Assembly: GCA_021808035.1 (NCBI GenBank) | Contig: JAKBCG010000001.1 | Span: 1-47,722, forward strand | DNA: 47,722 nucleotides | Reading direction: 5' to 3' | Source of the DNA: Pseudomonadota bacterium | Lineage (GTDB): Bacteria; Pseudomonadota; Gammaproteobacteria; Steroidobacterales; Steroidobacteraceae | Shown: in pieces, positions 22,588 to 30,950 of the stretch | How positions within the stretch are numbered: position 1 is the first letter of the stretch | How the letters are laid out: every line of letters begins with the position of its first letter | Notes under the pieces: model-generated | What the model was told of the DNA's origin: nothing | What the model saw: the letters and a program-made list of their open reading frames with translations, nothing else | The model's database searches: none | Made by a program: the position numbers and the translations under genes

Positions 22588-23499
22588 ATGTCCGCCAACG
22601 GTCGACGGCTTCAGAGGGCGGCAACGGTCTGTGGAGCGTTCGCCGCGCTGCTGATCGGTGCGACATCGCTTGCGACCCCGGTCCACCACCATGACCGTCA
22701 TCCGGTCCACCGCCGGGTGCGGCCGCGCGGTCCCGACCTGCGTTCGAGCGCCGCGCTGGTGGTCGATACGACCAACGGCGCGGTGTTGTATGCGAAGCGG
22801 CCGGATGCCGTCCAGCCGATCGCTTCCATCACGAAGCTGATGACCGCGCTGGTGGTGCTGGACGCGAAGCAGCCGCTGGATCAGCGGATCACGATCAAGC
22901 CGTCCGACCGGATCCACGGCAAGGGTTGGTACTCGCGCCTGAAGGTCGGGACGACGCTGACCCGCGGCCAGCTGCTGCATCTTGCGCTGATGTCCTCGGA
23001 GAACAGGGCGGCGCGCACGCTCGCGGACAACTATCCCGGCGGCCTCCCGGCGGCCATCAGGGCGATGAACCGCAAGGCGAAGGCGCTCGGGATGACCCAT
23101 ACGCACTTCGCCGACCCGACCGGGCTCACCCGTCACAACGTATCGACGCCGGGGGACCTCGAGAAGCTCGTCGTCGCCGCGTCGCATAACCCGACGATCC
23201 GGCGATTCTCGACCGACCGACGCTACGCGGTCCGCGTGCGCCGGCGCCTGGTGGAGTTCGGCACCACCGACGGGCTGGTCGCCAATCGCGCGTGGCGGAT
23301 CATCGTCCAGAAGACCGGCTTCATCAACGCCGCGGGACATTGCCTCGTGATGGAGACGGTGATCGATGGCCGTCGACTGGTGATCGTGCTGCTCGATTCC
23401 TGGGGAAAGTACACGCGGGTCGCCGATGCGGTGCGCGTCCGGCGCTGGCTCGAGGCGCGGGTGTTCTCGGGCCGCGACCGGCGGGTCACGATGCGCTAG
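22588..23499 (+). CDS. pbpG: D-alanyl-D-alanine endopeptidase (PBP7-like, peptidase S11)
   Basis: Signal peptide; SxxK (ASITKLMT), SxN (MSSENRAA), KTG (QKTGFINAAGHCLVM), LDSWGKYTRVADA; SD GGGAGA. Confidence 0.9.
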   Translation: MSANGRRLQRAATVCGAFAALLIGATSLATPVHHHDRHPVHRRVRPRGPDLRSSAALVVDTTNGAVLYAKRPDAVQPIASITKLMTALVVLDAKQPLDQRITIKPSDRIHGKGWYSRLKVGTTLTRGQLLHLALMSSENRAARTLADNYPGGLPAAIRAMNRKAKALGMTHTHFADPTGLTRHNVSTPGDLEKLVVAASHNPTIRRFSTDRRYAVRVRRRLVEFGTTDGLVANRAWRIIVQKTGFINAAGHCLVMETVIDGRRLVIVLLDSWGKYTRVADAVRVRRWLEARVFSGRDRRVTMR

Positions 23500-25646
23500 A
23501 AGCGCATCGTGAGATCCGCGCCCCAGGTACGCGGGTCGCCGAGCTGCGTGTAAAGCGCGTTCGGGAAATTCGGCGGCACGTCGCCGAAATAGAACCCGCG
23601 GACCGTGTAGTCCTTGTTCAGCAAATTACGCACCCACAGGTCGACGTCGTAGCGCGCGTTCTTCCAGCCGACCTTGACGTTCGCGAGCCCGTAGGGGTGT
23701 GACCGGGTCGGGTTCGGAGGCAGGTCGTAGTAGAACCCGCCCATGCCGGTCACGTCGATGCGCGCGTACGGGCCACGCGGATCCTGCCATTGGACGTTCA
23801 ACGCGCCCTGCCAGTCCGGCGCGTGCGGCAGGGGCCGGTCGGGCAGCGGCATCCCGTTCTGGACGAAACCGCGGTAGAGCGTCTGCAGCCACCCGAACGC
23901 CGCGCCGAACGTCACGGTCCGCGTCGCGCGCCAGCGCAGGCTGTTCTCGACCCCGTAGGAATAGCCGGATCTCGCGTTCCCCGTGTAGAACACGAACGTG
24001 TTCGGATCGTCGGCGACGAGCTGCGTGCCGGTCTTCAATTGCGGCGACTGGCGGCGCATGTAGAAGATCGACGTGTCGGCCTTCACCCGGCCGCGATCGG
24101 CCACGACCTTGTGGCCGATCTCGTAATCGATCAGCGACTCGGAGCCGAACGTGCGCTCGCCGGTCGGCAGTCCCTGGCTCAGGTTGAAACCGCCCGCCTT
24201 GTAGCCCCGCGAGATCAATGCATACAGATGCTCGTCGGGCCGCAGCGCATAGTCGAGCGACAGGTGCCCGCCCCACAGCGCGTAGGACGGCGCGAACGCG
24301 TTGCTCGTCGACGGCGCCCCGAGATTGGTCGTCAGGTCGTGATATCGGGTCGTATGCCGCTCGCCGCGCACGCCGACCGACCATCGCGTGCGCGAGCCGA
24401 GTTCGCCGCCGAGCTCGCCGTACAGGGCGACGTTGCTGGCGCGGTAACGGCTCGTCAGCACCGAATCGGTCGTCGACGCGTACTGCTGTATCGGATCGAC
24501 ATACACGCCGAGATTGGTGTCGCTCAGGCCTTCGCGCATCTGGAACCCGTAGACGCCGACGAGCCAGTCGATCCCCGGCCCGGGCTGCGACGCGAGTCGC
24601 AGCTCGAGGCTCCGGGTCGTGCGGTTCCGGGCTTGGAACTCGCTGTACTGGTAGGTATATGGTGCCCAGAGGAGTTCGTTCCCCCAGTCGCCATCGTAAC
24701 CGTAGCCGATCAGCGACCGCGCATACGTCGCGATCGCGGTCAACGTCGCCGCGTGCCAGCCGCGGTAGATCGAATGCAGGGACACGCCGGTCGAGTGTTG
24801 CACGTCCTCGCCCGGCTGATCGGACTCGGTCGTGCGCGAGTTGTCGATCGCCCAGGCATCGTAGCCGTTGTTGATCGCGACGTGCAGCACCGTCAGGTCG
24901 ACCCGTAGGTTCCGATCCGGCCGGTAACGCCAGCGGCCGCGCAGCGTCGTTTCGTCGCGGTTGTTGGTGTTGTTCCGATGCAGGTAGACGTTCGTGTAGA
25001 AGCCGTTGCTGACGTAGCGCTGCGCGGCGATGCGAAACGCCGAATCGAGCGCCGGGACCGGCCCGGTGAGCACCGCGCCGTACGACCGCGTGCCGTAGTC
25101 GCCGGCGCCGACTTCGACCCGTCCCCCGAATCGGTCGGAGGGTGCCTCGCTCTGGACGACGATCAGTCCGGCGAGCGCATTGGCCCCGTCGATCGTCGCC
25201 TGCGGGCCGCGCAGCACCTGGATCCGCGCCACGTCGAACAGGGTCGCGGCGGAGCCGAGACCGCTGAAATCGATGTCGTCGATGATGAAGCCGACCGACG
25301 GGTTGGGCGCGCCCTGATACTGCTCCAGTTCGCCGATTCCGCGGATCTGGAAATAACGCGGCCGTGACGTGTCCCCGGACCAGTTGAGGTCCGGCACCAG
25401 CGGCAGCACGTCCTCGAAATGCTGCTCGCCGGCGGTGCGCAAGGTATGCGCGCCGAGTACGGTCGCGCTGCCCGCGAGATCGACGTCCGACACCGCGCGC
25501 AACGTCGCGGTCACGACGATCTTCTGCAGGGAATCTCTATCGGGATGGGTGGTCGATGACGCCGTCCGCGCTTGCGCGCATAGCAGCACCGACGACGCGC
25601 AGCAGATCAGGACAGCGGCCCGCCGGGCCGTTCGCAGTCGAGGCAT
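23496..25646 (-). CDS. TonB-dependent receptor, thiamine-regulated (Omr1-like)
   Basis: TonB box LQKIVVTATLR, SRPRYFQIRGIGELEQYQGAPNPSVG, VLRGPQ, SRGYKAGGFN, C-terminal PRTWGADLTMRF; directly downstream of a TPP riboswitch. Confidence 0.93.
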   Translation of the reverse strand: MPRLRTARRAAVLICCASSVLLCAQARTASSTTHPDRDSLQKIVVTATLRAVSDVDLAGSATVLGAHTLRTAGEQHFEDVLPLVPDLNWSGDTSRPRYFQIRGIGELEQYQGAPNPSVGFIIDDIDFSGLGSAATLFDVARIQVLRGPQATIDGANALAGLIVVQSEAPSDRFGGRVEVGAGDYGTRSYGAVLTGPVPALDSAFRIAAQRYVSNGFYTNVYLHRNNTNNRDETTLRGRWRYRPDRNLRVDLTVLHVAINNGYDAWAIDNSRTTESDQPGEDVQHSTGVSLHSIYRGWHAATLTAIATYARSLIGYGYDGDWGNELLWAPYTYQYSEFQARNRTTRSLELRLASQPGPGIDWLVGVYGFQMREGLSDTNLGVYVDPIQQYASTTDSVLTSRYRASNVALYGELGGELGSRTRWSVGVRGERHTTRYHDLTTNLGAPSTSNAFAPSYALWGGHLSLDYALRPDEHLYALISRGYKAGGFNLSQGLPTGERTFGSESLIDYEIGHKVVADRGRVKADTSIFYMRRQSPQLKTGTQLVADDPNTFVFYTGNARSGYSYGVENSLRWRATRTVTFGAAFGWLQTLYRGFVQNGMPLPDRPLPHAPDWQGALNVQWQDPRGPYARIDVTGMGGFYYDLPPNPTRSHPYGLANVKVGWKNARYDVDLWVRNLLNKDYTVRGFYFGDVPPNFPNALYTQLGDPRTWGADLTMRF

Positions 25647-25755
25647 CGCTCCCTCCGCCGGTATTAACCGGATCAGGTTCTATGGGTTTGCCGCGAGGCG
25701 CGTGATCGCGCCCATCCGGCATCTCAGGCCCCCAAACGAAGGGACCACCCCAGCG
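25647..25755 (-). ncRNA. TPP (thi-box) riboswitch
   Basis: Minus strand reads CGCT-GGGGTG-GTCCCTTCGTTTGGGGGC-CTGAGA-[insert]-AACCC-ATAG-AACCTGATCCGGTTAATACCGGCGGAGGG-AGCG-ATG. All hallmark elements are present and P1 (CGCT/AGCG) covers the ribosome-binding region. A TATAGT -10 lies at 25767-25762. Confidence 0.96.
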
Positions 25756-25800
25756 GTGCGTACTATACGCGTGCGCCCGGGCGAGCGCAGCCGTGCCGTC

Positions 25801-26184
25801 TCAGATCAGGGTGTGCAGTGCGCCGGCCAGGCCTCCGAGCACGAGGACGGTGACCGCAAGGAACGAGAGTCCGAAACCCGGGCCACGCTTCGCCGGGTCG
25901 CGCACGTACGCGGCCGAATACAGCTCCCGGCCGAGCAGGTACAGGACGCCGATCGCCGCGGCCCAGCGCGGATCCAGATAACGGCTGAACAGGTACAAGC
26001 CCGGCAACAGCACGATCAGCTGCTCGAGCGTGTTCTGCTGGACGCGGAAGCGGCGCTCGAAGATCTCGTGACCCGTGACCGCCGGCGCTCTTACTCCGTA
26101 GCGTTCGCGCGCGGCGCCGACCTTGAGTCCGAAGACGAGGTACTGCAGAACTGCGAGGGCGGTCACGATATCGACGTACGTCAT
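25801..26184 (-). CDS. MAPEG family membrane protein
   Basis: VGAARERYGVRAPAVTGHEIFERRFRVQQNTLEQL, GRELYSAAYVRDPAKRGPGF; SD GGAGGA. Confidence 0.92.
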   Translation of the reverse strand: MTYVDIVTALAVLQYLVFGLKVGAARERYGVRAPAVTGHEIFERRFRVQQNTLEQLIVLLPGLYLFSRYLDPRWAAAIGVLYLLGRELYSAAYVRDPAKRGPGFGLSFLAVTVLVLGGLAGALHTLI

Positions 26185-26240
26185 GGATGTTCCTCCGCGG
26201 ATGCGGGATTCTATCAGCCCAGAACGTGACGAGACCTCCC

Positions 26241-26741
26241 GTGAAAGCTGCCCACACCGGGACCCGCGGTTATGCTTGCCTGGCCGAAATCGAAGCGCCG
26301 CCGGCGCGCGTCTGGCGTGCATTGACCGAACCCGCGCTGGTGCGGATCTGGTCTGGAGCCGAGGCATGGATCGACGCGCGCGCCGGTGGCGAGTACCGGG
26401 TCGGCGACGGCGAGCGATGCCGGGAAGCGCGGATCGACGTCTACGAACCAAATCGCCGGCTGCGCCTGATCTACTTCGCCGAACGCGGGATGCCGCCGAG
26501 CGCGAGTGCGATCGTCGATGATTTCCTGCTCGACTCGCGCAAGGGACCCGGCCGGACGTCGCTGCGCCTGCTCGGCTCCGGGATCTGCGAGGCCGCCGCC
26601 TGGGACGCGTTCTACAAGCGCGTGCGGGTCGGCTGGGAGCGGGGGATGGCCCGGTTGAAGGTCGCGCTCGAGAAGCCCCCGCGAATGCGCCCACTGCCGC
26701 GGCCGCCGGCCGAGCCGCCGCTTCCCGGTCTCGACTATTGA
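26241..26741 (+). CDS. SRPBCC/AHSA1-like ligand-binding domain protein
   Basis: EIEAPPARVWRALTEP...W, DARAGGEYR, EPNRRLRL, GWERGMARLK. Start codon uncertain (GTG 26241). Confidence 0.8.
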   Translation: MKAAHTGTRGYACLAEIEAPPARVWRALTEPALVRIWSGAEAWIDARAGGEYRVGDGERCREARIDVYEPNRRLRLIYFAERGMPPSASAIVDDFLLDSRKGPGRTSLRLLGSGICEAAAWDAFYKRVRVGWERGMARLKVALEKPPRMRPLPRPPAEPPLPGLDY

Positions 26742-26822
26742 CCGATCCGATCGCGCGGCACCGGCCACGCTTGATATCCTAAGACCCCGCCCGCAGGTTC
26801 CGGCGACGGAGGAAAGGTTCGC

Positions 26823-27197
26823 ATGTTGGGCTTTCTGATTCGCGCCGCGATCGCTGCGCTCGGCCTGTGGATAGCGACCGCGTGGGTGCCGGGCATCACG
26901 ATCGACGGTCCGGCGACGCTCCTGTTCGCCGGGGTGCTGCTCGGCGTCGTCAACGCGGTCGTCCGGCCGATCGCGATCCTGTTGACGCTGCCGATGACGG
27001 TGTTTTCGCTGGGACTGTTCCTGCTGGTGATCAACGCGGGGATGGTCGCGCTGGTCGCGTGGATGCTTCCCGGCATGCACGTTGCGAGTTTCTCGGCGGC
27101 CTTTTGGAGCGCGTTGATCGTCAGCATCGTGAGCATGATCGGCTCGTGGTTCATCGGGCCGCGTGGCCGGATCCAGATCATCGTGCGGCGCGATTGA
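26823..27197 (+). CDS. YvlD/DUF360 4-TM membrane protein (phage holin superfamily IV-like)
   Basis: LGVVNAVVRPIAILLTLPMTVFSLGLFLLVINAGM, SFSAAFWSALIVSIVS. Confidence 0.9.
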   Translation: MLGFLIRAAIAALGLWIATAWVPGITIDGPATLLFAGVLLGVVNAVVRPIAILLTLPMTVFSLGLFLLVINAGMVALVAWMLPGMHVASFSAAFWSALIVSIVSMIGSWFIGPRGRIQIIVRRD

Positions 27198-27218
27198 AGC
27201 CCCGGTGGGCGCGCGCGC

Positions 27219-28151
27219 TCAACCGGCGCCCGGCTCGCTCCCACCACGCCGCCCGTACCGGCCCGCCTGGCTGCGCGTCAACAGCAGCAGTCCCGCGATC
27301 ACCGTCGCCATCCCGGCGATCTGCCGGCGGGTCATGGTTTCGTGCAGGAAACGCCAGCCGAGGAAGGTCGCGATCGTCGGGTTCACGAAGCTGTAGGTGC
27401 CGATCACCGCCGGTGTCGTGTTGACCGCGAGCCAACCGTAGGCGGAATACGCGAAGCAGGAACTCACGAAGGTGAGGTACGCGAGCGACGCCGCCCCGGG
27501 CAGATCGAGCGTCCATCGTGCGGCCTCACCGGTCGCGAATCCGGTCGCGAGCAGCAGCGCGCCGCCGACGATCAGCTGCAGGCCGACGAACATCAAGGGC
27601 GCCATGCGCGTTCCCGAATTCCGGTAGTACACGGTGCCGAGCGACCACGCGAGGCAGCCGGTGACGACGGCGAGCTTCGCGGTGAGCATGCGCGTCTGCG
27701 GCTGCGCCGCCGGCGCGAGCATCAACGCCGTGCCGGTGAAACCGAGCGCGAGGCTCACGATCGTCGCCACGGTCAGTCGATGACCCCGCCGGCCGAGGGC
27801 GCCGAGCGTCGCGATCCACAGCGCCGAGGTGCCGTTTAGCAGCGCGACCTCATGCGACGGCAGGAAGCGCATCGCCCAGACGCTGAGTCCGTTGCTCCCG
27901 AAGACCATCAATACGCCGCAAACGGCCACGAGACGGTAATCTCTCGCCGTGCCCGGCCATGGCTCGCGCAGCCAGCGGCGGGCGACCAGGGTGAGCACGA
28001 GCCCCGCCATCGAGAAACGGGCACCGGCGAACAGCGCCGGCGGCAGGTGCGTGACCCCGACCTTGGTGAACAGGAAGCTCGCGCCCCAGACCAGGTAGAC
28101 GGTCGCAAGGGCCAACGCGAGCTTCGCCCTGCGACGGGAATCGGCGAGCAT
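27219..28151 (-). CDS. EamA/DMT family transporter
   Basis: VYLVWGASF, LPPALFAGARF, AYSAYGWL, TYSFVNPTIATFLGWRFLHE; about 10 TM segments. Confidence 0.92.
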   Translation of the reverse strand: MLADSRRRAKLALALATVYLVWGASFLFTKVGVTHLPPALFAGARFSMAGLVLTLVARRWLREPWPGTARDYRLVAVCGVLMVFGSNGLSVWAMRFLPSHEVALLNGTSALWIATLGALGRRGHRLTVATIVSLALGFTGTALMLAPAAQPQTRMLTAKLAVVTGCLAWSLGTVYYRNSGTRMAPLMFVGLQLIVGGALLLATGFATGEAARWTLDLPGAASLAYLTFVSSCFAYSAYGWLAVNTTPAVIGTYSFVNPTIATFLGWRFLHETMTRRQIAGMATVIAGLLLLTRSQAGRYGRRGGSEPGAG

Positions 28152-28169
28152 GCCGTCGGACGCGAGCGC

Positions 28170-28958
28170 CTAGACCGGAGCCCCGCGCTCGGATTCTTCC
28201 TTCGCGCGTGCGGCGATCTTGTCCTTAAGCAGCACCTTCGACATCACGATCCCGACCTCGTAGAGCACGTACATCGGCACCGCCATGAAACTCTGCGAAA
28301 CGGCGTCCGGCGGCGTCAGGAACGCCGCGACGATGAAGGCCCCGAGCAGCACGAAGCCGCGGTTCTTCGTCAGGGTGGTGATCTTCACGACGCCCGCCCA
28401 TACCAGGAGCACGGTCGCGATCGGCACCTCGAATGCGGCGCCGAATGCGAGCAACAGCACCATCACGAAGTCGAGGTAATTCCCCATGTCGGTCATCATC
28501 ATCACGCCCTTCGGCGTGGTGGAGACGAAGAATCCGAGCATCACCGGAAACACGAAGAAGTACGCGAACGCCGCGCCGAGGTAGAACAGCAGCACGCTCG
28601 AGATCAGCAGCGGTATCGCGAGCTTCTTCTCGTGGCGATAAAGCCCGGGCGCGATGAACGCCCAGGCTTGGTAGAGCACGTAGGGCATCGCGAGGGCGAT
28701 CGCGGCGACCAGCGCGAGCTTGAACGGCACCATGAACGGCGCGACCACGCTCGTCGCGATCAAGGTCGAGCCGGCCGGCAGCCGGTGAATCAGCGGCTTC
28801 GCGACCCACGTGAACAGCTGGTTCATGTAGGTCGCGGTCGGGATGAAGCAGATCCCGATCGCCATCATCGCCTTCAGCAGGCGATCGCGCAGTTCCAGCA
28901 GATGCGAGATCAGCGTGCCTTCGGCGAGATCCTCGGTCGTGCCTTCCGGTTCAGCCAT
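28170..28958 (-). CDS. tatC: Twin-arginine translocase TatC
   Basis: LISHLLELRDRL, YQAWAFIAPGLYRHEK, FGAAFEVP, LTPPDAVSQ, PMYVLYE. Confidence 0.98.
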   Translation of the reverse strand: MAEPEGTTEDLAEGTLISHLLELRDRLLKAMMAIGICFIPTATYMNQLFTWVAKPLIHRLPAGSTLIATSVVAPFMVPFKLALVAAIALAMPYVLYQAWAFIAPGLYRHEKKLAIPLLISSVLLFYLGAAFAYFFVFPVMLGFFVSTTPKGVMMMTDMGNYLDFVMVLLLAFGAAFEVPIATVLLVWAGVVKITTLTKNRGFVLLGAFIVAAFLTPPDAVSQSFMAVPMYVLYEVGIVMSKVLLKDKIAARAKEESERGAPV

Positions 28959-29343
28959 TGGGAGGGCGGATCGACGGCGTGACCTCGGCCGTCGGCGCCG
29001 CAGGGTCGGCGGGAGGCGCGGGTGCTGGCGCGTGCGGCGCCGGCGGATCGACGGAGCCGGTGGTCATGACCGGCGACGGATCCGCCGGTGGAATCGGATC
29101 CGGCGAGAGGGTGGGCGCGGACTGCGCGTTCGCGGCCGGGGACGTCGGTCGCGAACGCTGCCGCAGGAGCTCCTCGGCGCTCACTTCGCGCTCGAGCTGC
29201 TCGCTCAACTGCCGGCTGAGCACCCGTGCACGGCCGACCCAGTTGCCGATCTGTCGCGCGACCTTCGGCAGCCGCTCCGGCCCCAGCACGACCAGCGCGA
29301 TCACCGAAGTCAGCAGGATTTCCGAGAAGCCGAAATCCAGCAT
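28951..29343 (-). CDS. tatB: Twin-arginine translocase TatB
   Basis: MLDFGFSEILL...LVVLGPERLPKVAR; Pro-rich tail. Confidence 0.96.
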   Translation of the reverse strand: MLDFGFSEILLTSVIALVVLGPERLPKVARQIGNWVGRARVLSRQLSEQLEREVSAEELLRQRSRPTSPAANAQSAPTLSPDPIPPADPSPVMTTGSVDPPAPHAPAPAPPADPAAPTAEVTPSIRPPNG

Positions 29344-29350
29344 CGCCGCG

Positions 29351-29596
29351 TCACGCGCTGGTGTTCGGCGGTACCTTGGTCTCGCCTTCGCGTTTCGCGC
29401 CCGCGTCGAAGCCCGCGTCCGCGTCCTGCTTGATCTGCTTGACCTGTTCCTGCGTCTCGCCCTCGTTCATCGCGTCCTTGAAGCCCTTCACGGCCGCGCC
29501 GAGATCAGACCCGATCGTGCGAAGTCGTTTGGTGCCGAACACGACGAGCACGATCGCGAGGATCACCAGCAGCATCTTTGAATCGATCATTTCCAT
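29351..29596 (-). CDS. tatA: Twin-arginine translocase TatA
   Basis: [28 protein letters not shown]. Start may be 29590. Confidence 0.95.
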   Translation of the reverse strand: MEMIDSKMLLVILAIVLVVFGTKRLRTIGSDLGAAVKGFKDAMNEGETQEQVKQIKQDADAGFDAGAKREGETKVPPNTSA

Positions 29597-29682
29597 TCTC
29601 CGAATCCACGTCTGCCGTCTTGGACCCCGAATGATACGCGAAAGGTCCCGCGCTGGCCTGAATCGGCCAGCCGGGGCGGCGT

Positions 29683-30120
29683 TCAGGATTCGAGCCAGAT
29701 CGTGACCGGACCGTCGTTGGTCAGGCTGACCTGCATGTCCGCACCGAACAGACCGCTGCCGACCGGCCCATGTTGCCGGCGCGCATGCTCCACCAGGGCC
29801 TCGAACAGCGCGCGGGCCTGCTCCGGCGGGGCGGCGCGAGAAAAGCCGGGGCGCAGTCCCTTGTGGGTGTCCGCGGCGAGGGTGAACTGCGGGACCAGCA
29901 ACAGCCCGCCGCCGACGTCGGTCACGCTGCGATTCATCCGTCCTTGGTCGTCGGCAAAGATGCGGTAATGCAGCATGCGATCCAGCAGACGCTCGCCCGC
30001 CTCGGTACCATCACTCGGCCGGATGCCGATCAGCGCGAGCAGGCCGGGCCCAATCTCGGCGCAACGCTCGCCGGCAATCGCGACGGAGGCCTCGGTGACG
30101 CGCTGCAGAAGCGCGATCAC
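29683..30120 (-). CDS. dtd: D-aminoacyl-tRNA deacylase
   Basis: [52 protein letters not shown]; 145 aa. Confidence 0.97.
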   Translation of the reverse strand: MIALLQRVTEASVAIAGERCAEIGPGLLALIGIRPSDGTEAGERLLDRMLHYRIFADDQGRMNRSVTDVGGGLLLVPQFTLAADTHKGLRPGFSRAAPPEQARALFEALVEHARRQHGPVGSGLFGADMQVSLTNDGPVTIWLES

Positions 30121-30923
30121 TGGGCCGTCCAACCGCCGTCGATGGGAATGGCCGTGCCGGTGATGTTGTGCGCTGCGGGATAACAGAGCCAAACCGCGAG
30201 AGCCGCGATCTCTGCGACCGTGGATACTCGGCGGGAGGGCTGTTTTTCGGTCAGCAGACTGCTCATCGCCTCTGCCTTCGATACGCCGAGTTGTCGTTCA
30301 CGCTCCTCGATCTGGGGCGCAAGCAGTGCCGTGTCCACCCAACCCGGACAGATGCAGTTGACCGTGATTCCGCCGGACTCGGCGCTGCCGGCCGCGGCGT
30401 ATTCGAGCGCCGCCACTTTCGACAATCCGACGAGCCCGAACTTGGCGGAGACATACGGCGATTTGTTGATTGAAGCGACCAGACCATGCACCGAGGCGAT
30501 ATTGATGACGCGGCCGTACCGCCCTGCAGCCATTCGCGGCAGCGCGTGCCGCATCGTGTGAAATGCCGCCGATAGGTTAACGGCGAGTACGTCGTTCCAG
30601 CAATCGACCGGGACGCTCGGCAGCGGCGCGGTGTACTGAATGCCGGCGTTGTTGACCAGGATCTCCAGATGATTCCACGAGAACACCTGATCCATCAGTG
30701 CATCGATTTGCGCGACGTCGCGCAGATCGCCGCCGAGGAACCGGGCATCCGGGCTTCCCGCTTGCTTGATTTCCGCGACCAAACGCCGAGCCTCCTCCGG
30801 GCCGACCAGACCGTGCGCAGCCACGCAGGCACCTTCCTTCGCAAAGGCGAGCGCAATTCCTTTGCCGATACCGCGGTCCGCCCCGGTTACCAGCACCGTC
30901 TTACCACGGAGTTCCCTCGTCAA
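30117..30923 (-). CDS. bdhA: D-3-hydroxybutyrate dehydrogenase (SDR family)
   Basis: TGADRGIG, NNAGIQY, IASVHGLVASINKSPYVSAKFG, CPGWVDT..L.PQI, EKQPS, DGGWTAQ. The Gln/His/Lys/Gln/Trp substrate residues characteristic of HBDH are present. TTG start after GAGGAGA. Confidence 0.88.
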   Translation of the reverse strand: MTRELRGKTVLVTGADRGIGKGIALAFAKEGACVAAHGLVGPEEARRLVAEIKQAGSPDARFLGGDLRDVAQIDALMDQVFSWNHLEILVNNAGIQYTAPLPSVPVDCWNDVLAVNLSAAFHTMRHALPRMAAGRYGRVINIASVHGLVASINKSPYVSAKFGLVGLSKVAALEYAAAGSAESGGITVNCICPGWVDTALLAPQIEERERQLGVSKAEAMSSLLTEKQPSRRVSTVAEIAALAVWLCYPAAHNITGTAIPIDGGWTAQ

Positions 30924-30950
30924 GGCCGGTCTCTCCTCGTCGCGATGAAT

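Noticed and set aside
26823..27197. Holin-like gene as evidence of a prophage
   Set aside because: YvlD/DUF360 proteins are common chromosomal membrane proteins and no phage genes are nearby.
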